DNA of 64,000 nucleotides from Thainema sp. (GTDB lineage: Bacteria; Cyanobacteriota; Cyanobacteriia; Phormidesmidales; Phormidesmidaceae): positions 1 to 64,000 of the forward strand of contig JBQLZK010000013.1 of the NCBI GenBank assembly GCA_052168235.1, given 5' to 3'. Below the pieces are notes generated by a model, which saw nothing but the letters and a program-made list of their open reading frames with translations, was not told where the DNA came from and did no database searches. Below, one piece after another: positions 19,637 to 27,133 of the stretch. The position numbers and the translations under genes were made by a program. Each line of letters opens with the position of its first letter. Positions within the stretch are counted from its first letter, which is position 1.

Positions 19637-21421
19637 TTGGTTCAGTCACCCCAGCCCCCAGCCAGTGCTTCACGCCCCATGCAGCGGGTACTTGGTAGCC
19701 TCCGCGTTTATCCCTGGTTGACCGTGGGCGCAATCGGCAGCGCCTTGCTCCTGGTGGCGGCCTATGCAGCGACGCCGCAGCTCTATCGCTGGGCCATCGA
19801 TCAGGGCATTACCGAGCGGAATCTGACAATCGTGCTCCAGAGTGGGATGGGATTAGTCATTGCTGCGATCGCACGGGGACTGTTTAACTTTGGTCAGAGC
19901 TTTTGCGCCGAAGCCATGTCTCAGGGCGTGGTGTATGACCTGCGCAATCGGATTTTCAGCAAAATCCAGAACCTCAGCTTCAGCTACCACGATCAGTCGC
20001 AGACCTCACAGCTCCTCACCCGCGTCACCAGCGACATTGAGCAAATTCGCACCTTTCTGAGTACGAATCTGATCCAGGTGATTAGCGGCGTCGTGACGCT
20101 AGTGACGATTGCCGTGATTTTGCTGCTGATGAACTGGCGGCTAGCCCTGATTAGCCTGCTGGTCGTACCCCTGGCGGGTTGGCTGATGGCTCGCTTTTTT
20201 AGTCAAAACAGCCAGCTTTTCTACCAGGTGCAGGAGCAGCTCAGCGACCTCAACGCCGTTCTGCAAGAAAATCTGGTGGGGGTGCGGGTGGTCAAAGCCT
20301 TCGTACGGGAACGGGTGGAAACAGAGCGCTACACCCACCAGAATCAGAGCCTAGTTGCCGCCAATATGAAGACGATTGTGGCGATTCGCAACACGTTTCC
20401 GTTTATCTTCCTGGCCAGCAATCTGGTGATTGTGGCGGTGATTGGCTACGGCGGCGCGGCGGTGATTGGCGATCGCCTGTCGGTGGGGGAGCTAGTGGCG
20501 TTCAATGCTTATCTGCTGCTGATTTTGCAGCCGATTCTGCTGATTGGTTTTGCCGCGCCAGCGATTGCCCAAGCTGCCGCTTCCGCCGGACGGGTTTATG
20601 AGGTAATTGATGCCGCAATTGAAATTAAAGACCGACCGCAGGCTGTGCCCTTCACCACCTGCGGCGGCAGAATCACGTTTGAAAACGTCTCCTTCCGCTA
20701 TCCCGGTGCGTCGGTGCCAGCGCTGACCAATATCTCGTTTGAAACCAAGCCCAACGAGCTGATCGCCATCCTGGGCATGACCGGATCGGGCAAAAGTACG
20801 ATTATTAACCTGATTCCCCGCTTCTACGATGTGACGGCGGGAGCCGTGCGGATCGACGGACGCGACGTGCGGGATTTTACCCTAGAAAGTTTGCGATCGC
20901 GGATTAGCACCGTGTTTCAGGAAAGCACTTTATTCTCCGGCACCATTTTCTCCAACATCACCTACGCCAAGGCCGACGCAACGATGGCGGAAGTGATTGA
21001 AGTGGCTAAAGCCGCTCAGATTCACGATTTTATTGCCAGTTTACCCGACGGCTATGACACGATTGTGGGCGAACGCGGTGTGGGACTCTCCGGTGGTCAA
21101 AAACAGCGAATTGCGATCGCGCGTACTCTACTCACCGACTACAACATTCTGATCCTGGACGACAGCACCTCCGCCGTTGATGCTCAAACTGCTGCTCAGA
21201 TTCAAGCCGCCCTCGATGACCTGATGCGCCGCCGCACCTGCACTTCCTTTGTTGTCGCCCAGCGGATTAGCACCGTCCGCACCGCCGACCGCATTCTGCT
21301 CATGGACAAAGGCCACCTAGTCGCCCAGGGCACCCACGAACAACTGATGGCCAGCAGCCCGCTCTACGGTGCCATTTTGGAATCGCAGGTTGGTTCGGCC
21401 ACCACGCCGCTTGAGATTTGA
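19637..21421 (+). CDS. ABC exporter, fused permease/ATPase (heterodimer subunit with degenerate Walker B)
   Basis: GMTGSGKS, LSGGQKQR, ILDDSTS, AQR switch. Confidence 0.92.
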   Translation: MVQSPQPPASASRPMQRVLGSLRVYPWLTVGAIGSALLLVAAYAATPQLYRWAIDQGITERNLTIVLQSGMGLVIAAIARGLFNFGQSFCAEAMSQGVVYDLRNRIFSKIQNLSFSYHDQSQTSQLLTRVTSDIEQIRTFLSTNLIQVISGVVTLVTIAVILLLMNWRLALISLLVVPLAGWLMARFFSQNSQLFYQVQEQLSDLNAVLQENLVGVRVVKAFVRERVETERYTHQNQSLVAANMKTIVAIRNTFPFIFLASNLVIVAVIGYGGAAVIGDRLSVGELVAFNAYLLLILQPILLIGFAAPAIAQAAASAGRVYEVIDAAIEIKDRPQAVPFTTCGGRITFENVSFRYPGASVPALTNISFETKPNELIAILGMTGSGKSTIINLIPRFYDVTAGAVRIDGRDVRDFTLESLRSRISTVFQESTLFSGTIFSNITYAKADATMAEVIEVAKAAQIHDFIASLPDGYDTIVGERGVGLSGGQKQRIAIARTLLTDYNILILDDSTSAVDAQTAAQIQAALDDLMRRRTCTSFVVAQRISTVRTADRILLMDKGHLVAQGTHEQLMASSPLYGAILESQVGSATTPLEI

Positions 21422-21429
21422 GCAATTAG

Positions 21430-21485
21430 TAACCCTCAACCCATCAACCAATAACCGTTAACCAATTACTATCAACCAACAACCA
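21430..21485. repeat. Imperfect short tandem (about 7-mer) repeats
   Basis: AACCCTC/AACCCATC/AACCAAT/AACCGTT/AACCAAT/AACCAAC. Confidence 0.55.
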
Positions 21486-21896
21486 TCACCCCGGCATTTT
21501 CTCAAAAGCAGGCACATTGTCATCCATCGGCGTGGAAGGTAGCTTGCGGCACGTATAAACATTCGCCATCGGCTGAAACCAGCTCGCATCGTCAATCACG
21601 CCGACTCGAATTCCCATGCGCTCCGGATAACTGCTGTTAGCTGAAAATAACTGAGAACCACAGTTGGGACAGAACAATTTGGTCATCGTGGTGCCGCGAT
21701 CGCACAAATGCTCATAACTAGCCGTTTTGCCTTGAATCGTTAGCGCATCCGCCGGAATAAACACAAAGCTAGCATAGACACTCCCACTTGAACGGCGACA
21801 GTCATCACAATGGCAATTAGCCTGCCGAATAGGCGCACTGGATGACGCAAACTGAACCGCGCCACAAAGGCAGCGCCCCGTAAACGATGAGGTCAT
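21486..21896 (-). CDS. GFA-family (Mss4-like) zinc protein
   Basis: GRCLCGAV, CHCDDCRR, FCPNCGS; likely ATG at 21896. Confidence 0.9.
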   Translation of the reverse strand: MTSSFTGRCLCGAVQFASSSAPIRQANCHCDDCRRSSGSVYASFVFIPADALTIQGKTASYEHLCDRGTTMTKLFCPNCGSQLFSANSSYPERMGIRVGVIDDASWFQPMANVYTCRKLPSTPMDDNVPAFEKMPG

Positions 21897-22025
21897 AAAG
21901 TTCTCCTTTTCCTTTCCGCAAAATTCCCAATGATGAGCGATAGAAACATGATTGCTATCTTGCCAGATTACGGATAACAACCCGTCTCCAAATCAGCACT
22001 ACAATAATGATTTCAATGCTGAGTC

Positions 22026-22090
22026 TTTACAGCCTTTACAGCCCTCTACAGCCTTTACAACCCCTCACGCCTCACGCCTCACGCCTCACT
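22026..22090. repeat. Short tandem repeats (TTTACAGCC-type, then CCTCACG x4)
   Basis: Directly visible; the TTTACAGCC/CTACAGCC block recurs at about 46579-46612. Confidence 0.7.
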
Positions 22091-22207
22091 TTCCAAGCGC
22101 TGGAAATCTCAGAAATCGAAGTTCTCAACCCAATCAGCGCGATAGTGCTAGCCTTAACTCATTCTCACTCCAGAATTGAGTTTCAGCATTATTCAAAGAT
22201 TCCGGCT

Positions 22208-23977
22208 ATGACTTCTGCCCCCGCTGCCGCTACGCAATCCCGAAAACCTAAATCCTCAACCACTGGGCGTTTCTTTCGTTACTTTGCGCCCTATCGGCAA
22301 GAACTTCCTTTAGCGATTCTCCTAGTTGCCATTGGCGCGACCACTCAAGCAATTGGGCCGCTGCTGATCGGCTGGTCAATCGACAATTTGATTCTGACCG
22401 GGAATTTAAGAGGGCTGTTGTGGATGCTAGTCATTCTGACAGCAATTTATTTCCTGGGAGTTGGGGCGATTCGGGGACAAATCTTGCGGATGGGATCGAT
22501 TGTGCAGCGGCTGCTGGGCCAGTTGCGGCAGGACATTTTTGATAAGGTTCAAAGCTTGCCCGTCAGCTTTTTTGACCGCAGTGAAGCGGGCGACCTGATG
22601 AGCCGTCTGCTCAACGATGTCAGTACGGTGAATCAAGCCTTTGGCCTGACGATTCCCCAGGTGCTGGGCCAAACCTTCAGCCTGGTGGGGATTATCATCG
22701 CCATGCTGTCGATTAATTTGCAACTGGGACTGCTGAGCAATCTGGTTGTACCGCTGATGATTTTTACTACGGGATTTTTCTCCCGCTGGGCTAGGAGTCG
22801 ATTTCGCGTCACTCGTCAGACAATTGGCGATCTCTCGGCCAAGCTGGAGGAAGATATTGGTAGCGTGCGCGAGGCTCAGGCATTTAACCGCACTCAGCTT
22901 AATATTGAAGAGTTTGATAGCCTCAATGCTGCCAATCGGCGCGCAAATGTGCAGGCCGTGGCGGTGACAGCCGCGTTTTTGCCTTCTATTGATTTTCTCA
23001 ACACCCTGGCTACGGCTGGCGTGATGGCCTACGGTGGCTATCTGGCGGTGACGGGAGCGATGACGGTGGGTACCGTGACCGCGTTTTTGCTCTACGTGCA
23101 GCAGTTTTTCCGCCCGATTCAGATCCTCAGCCAGTTTTATACTCAAGCCCAATCGGCTCTGGCCGGACTGGATCGGATTTTTATGCTGCTGGATGAACCC
23201 GTCACGTTACAGGATGCCCCCAATGCCAATGAGATACCGTCAATTCGGGGCGAGGTGCGGTTTGAGCAGGTGGAGTTTGGCTACACGCCCAATCAGCGAG
23301 TGCTGAAGGGGATCAATCTCTGTGCTCAACCGGGGCAGATGATCGCGCTAGTGGGGCCAACCGGAGCGGGCAAAAGCACCATCATTAACTTGATTATGCG
23401 GTTCTACGATGTGACAGATGGAGCCGTGAAGATTGACGGCATTGATATTCGCACCGTCACCCAGGCTAGCCTGCGTCGCCAGATTGGCATTGTGCTTCAG
23501 GATAATCTGCTGTTTACGGGCACCGTGGCCGAAAATATTGCTTTTGGTGCTCCCCATGCCAGTCAAGCCGAGATTGAAGCAGCGGCTCAGGCGGCCAATG
23601 TGCATGAGTTTATTACCTCGCTGGCTCAGGGGTACAATACCCGCTTGGGCGAACGGGGCGCACCCCTCAGTCAAGGCCAGCGGCAGTTGGTGAGCATTGC
23701 ACGGGCCGTGCTGGTCAACCCCCGAATTCTGGTACTAGACGAGGCAACCAGCAGCATCGATACTCGTACTGAAGGGCTGGTGCAGGATGCGATCGCAACT
23801 CTTCTAAAGGGTCGCACCAGCTTCGTGATTGCCCACCGTCTCAGCACCGTCACCGCAGCCGATCAAGTGCTGGTGATTCAACAGGGACAAATTGTGGAGC
23901 AGGGCACCCATGCCGAACTAATGGAGCAACAGGGAATCTACGCCAATCTTTACAGTCTGCAACTGGGAGCCAGTTAA
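22208..23977 (+). CDS. ABC exporter, fused permease/ATPase (heterodimer partner subunit)
   Basis: GPTGAGKS, LSQGQRQ, LDEATS, AHR; likely ATG at 22208. Confidence 0.92.
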   Translation: MTSAPAAATQSRKPKSSTTGRFFRYFAPYRQELPLAILLVAIGATTQAIGPLLIGWSIDNLILTGNLRGLLWMLVILTAIYFLGVGAIRGQILRMGSIVQRLLGQLRQDIFDKVQSLPVSFFDRSEAGDLMSRLLNDVSTVNQAFGLTIPQVLGQTFSLVGIIIAMLSINLQLGLLSNLVVPLMIFTTGFFSRWARSRFRVTRQTIGDLSAKLEEDIGSVREAQAFNRTQLNIEEFDSLNAANRRANVQAVAVTAAFLPSIDFLNTLATAGVMAYGGYLAVTGAMTVGTVTAFLLYVQQFFRPIQILSQFYTQAQSALAGLDRIFMLLDEPVTLQDAPNANEIPSIRGEVRFEQVEFGYTPNQRVLKGINLCAQPGQMIALVGPTGAGKSTIINLIMRFYDVTDGAVKIDGIDIRTVTQASLRRQIGIVLQDNLLFTGTVAENIAFGAPHASQAEIEAAAQAANVHEFITSLAQGYNTRLGERGAPLSQGQRQLVSIARAVLVNPRILVLDEATSSIDTRTEGLVQDAIATLLKGRTSFVIAHRLSTVTAADQVLVIQQGQIVEQGTHAELMEQQGIYANLYSLQLGAS

Positions 23978-24070
23978 ACCATGACAATAGTCTTCAACTG
24001 GTAATGATTTTGTGCTGTGTGGGCTTCACATACGCAACGCAAAATTATTACTTATATACCACCATCAACT

Positions 24071-24559
24071 ATGACTAACGATTTCGCGTTCATCCTCAAA
24101 CTGCTTTCGCTGCTGGGCTGTGGGCTGATGGCAGGCGTCTTTTTTGCCTTTTCCACCTTTGTGATGCAGGCGCTGGCGCAACTGAAGCCACCTCAAGGTA
24201 TTGCCGCTATGCAGGCAATCAATATCACCGTGATTAACCCCTGGTTCATAACGGTGTTTATGGGTACAGCGGCGGTTTGTCTGTTGCTTGCGATCGCAAC
24301 CCTGCTCAACTGGCAGCAACCCACTGCGATCTATGTGCTCTTGGGCAGTCTGCTCTATCTGATGGGCACCTTTGGCGTCACAATTGTGGGCAATGTCCCC
24401 CTGAATAATGCACTGGCAGACGTAGAACCCACTAGCGCAGAAGGGGCAGCTTTGTGGGCACAGTATCTAACCCGCTGGACAATCTGGAACCACGTCCGGA
24501 CAGTCGCAGCAGTACTGGCCACTACCGCTTTTGCCTTTGCCATCCAATCGCCGAGCTGA
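24071..24559 (+). CDS. DUF1772 / anthrone oxygenase family membrane protein
   Basis: GLMAGVFFAFS..VM, AMQAIN, NVPLNNAL, W..WNHVRT motifs. Confidence 0.85.
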   Translation: MTNDFAFILKLLSLLGCGLMAGVFFAFSTFVMQALAQLKPPQGIAAMQAINITVINPWFITVFMGTAAVCLLLAIATLLNWQQPTAIYVLLGSLLYLMGTFGVTIVGNVPLNNALADVEPTSAEGAALWAQYLTRWTIWNHVRTVAAVLATTAFAFAIQSPS

Positions 24560-24561
24560 AC

Positions 24562-24612
24562 GCGATCGCACTTTCCAACCCTCTCAGCATGAAAGGTGCG
24601 ATCGCACTTCTT
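24562..24612. repeat. HIP1-pair boundary repeat, copy 1
   Basis: GCGATCGC-ACTTTCCAACCCTCTCAGCATGAAAGGT-GCGATCGC-ACTTCTT. Confidence 0.8.
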
Positions 24613-24740
24613 GATGAGGGCTGAACTTTGAATCTGTGTGGCATGATTGGCGATATAGATGTAAACGCAGCAACATGGCTACTTATCAAGAGATCTGTAG
24701 CGATGGAATGACGACTTTACTCAAAGGAGGCGTGGTGAAA

Positions 24741-24974
24741 ATGACAACTAATTGGCAAGAGACATTAGTTGAAAAGCAGGTAACATACGCTTTAAACCTG
24801 AACGGCAAAATGATTCTGATTGAAAATGTGCCTGCTCGTGTCAATGAAGAAACGGGTGAGCAATTTTTCTCTCCCGCAACTGTAGAACGTTTGCAACAGA
24901 CAATTTTAGATAGCGAAGAGCCTGACCATTTTGTTCAGGTTCCTGTATACAACTATTCAGACAGTGCTGCATAG
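24741..24974 (+). CDS. YgiT-type (MqsA N-terminal-like) antitoxin-family protein lacking the Zn-binding cysteines
   Basis: IENVPARV...GE.FF...V.RL pattern; AAGGAGG upstream. Confidence 0.75.
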   Translation: MTTNWQETLVEKQVTYALNLNGKMILIENVPARVNEETGEQFFSPATVERLQQTILDSEEPDHFVQVPVYNYSDSAA

Positions 24975-24983
24975 CATTTAGCG

Positions 24984-25010
24984 GAAGTGCGATCGCACTT
25001 CTTAACCCTC
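24984..25010. repeat. HIP1 boundary repeat, copy 2 (single extended palindrome)
   Basis: Perfect 18-bp palindrome GAAGTGCGATCGCACTTC followed by TTAACCCTC. Confidence 0.75.
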
Positions 25011-25023
25011 ATTATTAACAAAA

Positions 25024-25335
25024 GTGAGATACAAAATTTTCTTTTCACCTGAAGCCGCAGCCGACATTGCTGTGCTGAGGGCAAGTGATCGAGCCAAGGT
25101 GTTGGATGGCATCGAGACATTCTTAAGACATGAGCTGGAAAAGGTGAGTAAGAGCCGGATTAAGCGTCTGCGAGAGATGCAAAAACCTCAATATCGATTG
25201 CGGCTTGATGATATACGCGCGTTTTATGACGTGAGTTACGCTGAAGATGGAACTGGGACTGTGGAAGTTCTCCGTATTCGGGAGAAAACTGAGGCGATGA
25301 AGTGGTTAGCTGAGTTTGGGGAAAGAGGGGAATGA
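25024..25335 (+). CDS. Type II TA toxin, RelE/ParE family
   Basis: F...A..D, YRLRLDDIRAFY, VEVLRI motifs; overlaps the downstream antitoxin. Confidence 0.8.
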   Translation: MRYKIFFSPEAAADIAVLRASDRAKVLDGIETFLRHELEKVSKSRIKRLREMQKPQYRLRLDDIRAFYDVSYAEDGTGTVEVLRIREKTEAMKWLAEFGERGE

Positions 25336-25589
25336 AGCAAGTATCATTTGATGAAGTGAAGGGCAATCTGTCGGGATATCTACAACTCGCTGAGAAAGAA
25401 AGCGTTGTGATCATGCGCGATGGACAACCTGTTGGCATTCTCATTGGGTTTGAAAATGCTGAGGACTGGTGGGAAGAACTGTTGCTGCGAGATCCACGTT
25501 TTGAGGCGGAGATTGCTCAAGCACGCCAAAGTTTGAAAGAGGGCAAAGGGATTAGTTTAGAAGATTTGAAAGCGAAGTACGCAGACTAA
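25332..25589 (+). CDS. Type II TA antitoxin, Phd/YefM family
   Basis: EVKGNLSGYL..A..E.VVI.RDGQPVGILI; ATGA overlap with the toxin. Confidence 0.82.
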   Translation: MKQVSFDEVKGNLSGYLQLAEKESVVIMRDGQPVGILIGFENAEDWWEELLLRDPRFEAEIAQARQSLKEGKGISLEDLKAKYAD

Positions 25590-25591
25590 TT

Positions 25592-25632
25592 GCGATCGCA
25601 CTTTCCAACTTCTCATCATGAGAGATGCGATA
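25592..25632. repeat. HIP1-pair boundary repeat, copy 3
   Basis: GCGATCGC-ACTTTCCAACTTCTCATCATGAGAGAT-GCGATA (second HIP1 degenerate). Confidence 0.75.
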
Positions 25633-25728
25633 TATCCACGGTGCGTTAGTATCAAATAGCACTTTCAACTTGTTCTTGCGTGGACTTTGAGATTATCGGC
25701 GACATCTCAGATATTGTTTAGATTGACT

Positions 25729-25965
25729 ATGAAAACAGAGCAGTCCCAACCTAATCAGTTTGCTGTTTGCCTAAATAATGAAGGCTATCAAGCATCATTG
25801 GAAGTCGGTAAGATCTATCGAGTCATTCATGATGAGGAATCCAAGGCGAATGGATTAATCCGGGTCATTGATGAGAGCGGCGAGGATTATGCTTTTTCTG
25901 CCAATCGGTTCTATCCCATCGAAGTACCAAAGCCTGTAGAAGAGGTATTGATGTCAGCATTTTAG
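25729..25965 (+). CDS. Small conserved hypothetical protein (putative TA-associated)
   Basis: FAVCLNNEGY.ASLE.GKIY...RVIDESGEDY pattern; ATG at 25729. Confidence 0.7.
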   Translation: MKTEQSQPNQFAVCLNNEGYQASLEVGKIYRVIHDEESKANGLIRVIDESGEDYAFSANRFYPIEVPKPVEEVLMSAF

Positions 25966-25967
25966 GC

Positions 25968-26014
25968 GCGATCTCAATTTCCAACCCCTTCATCAAAAGT
26001 GCGATCGCACTTTT
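25968..26014. repeat. HIP1-pair boundary repeat, copy 4
   Basis: GCGATCTC-AATTTCCAACCCCTTCATCAAAAGT-GCGATCGC-ACTTTT; 20-bp palindrome at 25995-26014. Confidence 0.78.
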
Positions 26015-26021
26015 ACTCAAA

Positions 26022-26321
26022 ATGCTGAATTTTATCCAAAAAATAGTCCACTGGCTTGATGGCACCTACATAACTGATGAAACCATCTTCCTACGACAAT
26101 CATCAGGATGGATTCAGCTATCTCGTTCAGAAGTCTATTCAGTGAAGTTTAAGTCTGTGAGCCGCGTTGTTGTCCGTTTGAGCAATGGTCAACGGCTTGT
26201 ATTAAACCTCTTTGGCCTTAATAATCCGGCTTATGATCGAGTTGTAGAAGCTTTTCGAAAAGATCTGCAGTTGGTGAAGAGCGGACGTATCAGTACTTAT
26301 GAGCGAGATTCTAGCAAGTAG
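26022..26321 (+). CDS. Hypothetical protein
   Basis: 99-aa ORF starting 8 nt after the repeat. Confidence 0.55.
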   Translation: MLNFIQKIVHWLDGTYITDETIFLRQSSGWIQLSRSEVYSVKFKSVSRVVVRLSNGQRLVLNLFGLNNPAYDRVVEAFRKDLQLVKSGRISTYERDSSK

Positions 26322-26392
26322 TTGTTATTATTGACTCCATAGCTCAGAAAATTATTAGATACAAACTAAGGCAAATTCAATCTTCAGGCGCT

Positions 26393-26878
26393 ATGAAAGA
26401 GGACTTTCAACGGATTACTCAACACGGGAATTGGGGATTATTTGCAACACAGCTATTACAAGATTCCAAGCCTTCGGAAGAGATAAGCCAAGAATTTAGT
26501 ACTCATTGGATAGTGGCGGGGCATAAGATTCGAGAACAACTTGGAGATGATCGCTACTTAGTCCGTTTGTTACGACATATGCTTATGCCCTATAAGGGGG
26601 GTGCAGTAACGCTCTATCGAGGCGAAAATCTGGCAAGATGGCAAGAACGTTCTATAGGATTTGCTTGGACTACTGACATAAAAGTTGCACGTATGTTCGG
26701 AAGCGGTCTTAACGCAATTGATTCAGGAGGCGTTTTACTTGAGGGAACTTTTTCATCAGAGGCAATTATTAGTGAACCTAATGCTCACAGTAAGTGGCTA
26801 GGAGAAGAGCAGTTTACTGTCGATCCTTTTTACGAAACTATCATTCGAGAAATTGAATTTTTTCCGCCTGCTTTTTAA
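26393..26878 (+). CDS. Hypothetical protein with ADP-ribosyltransferase-like motifs
   Basis: LYRG ... FAWTT...VA..F ... GEEQF spacing resembles the R-S-E ART fold. Confidence 0.6.
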   Translation: MKEDFQRITQHGNWGLFATQLLQDSKPSEEISQEFSTHWIVAGHKIREQLGDDRYLVRLLRHMLMPYKGGAVTLYRGENLARWQERSIGFAWTTDIKVARMFGSGLNAIDSGGVLLEGTFSSEAIISEPNAHSKWLGEEQFTVDPFYETIIREIEFFPPAF

Positions 26879-27133
26879 GCATAACTATTCGCGCTTGTAT
26901 TATTGATGGTATGAGATTTGGCCTTTGATTTTAAGATCTCTTATGACAGCGTTGCACTAATGATTAACCTGCTTCACATGCTGCATATCAAATTCCATCA
27001 AGTTTTTGCAGTGTTATTTACCGATATCTATTAACAATTGATGGGAAAATCGCCGCAGTCGCGCTACTCTGGATAGAACTCTTGTTCTCTGAGTCAACCC
27101 ATACGTTAAAGCGCTGAACCGAGCAGAGACCCT

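Noticed and set aside
22007..22207. N-terminal extension of the second ABC subunit
   Set aside because: It translates tandem repeats; the ATG at 22208 gives a typical subunit length.
24560..26020. CRISPR array interpretation of the recurring repeat
   Set aside because: The spacers are whole genes of variable length, the repeats are degenerate, and no cas genes are present.
26355..26890. attC-like half sites (TTAGATA before and GCATAAC after the ART-like ORF; GCCTAAC near 15870)
   Set aside because: I could not find the paired R/L boxes and complementary arm required for a canonical attC.
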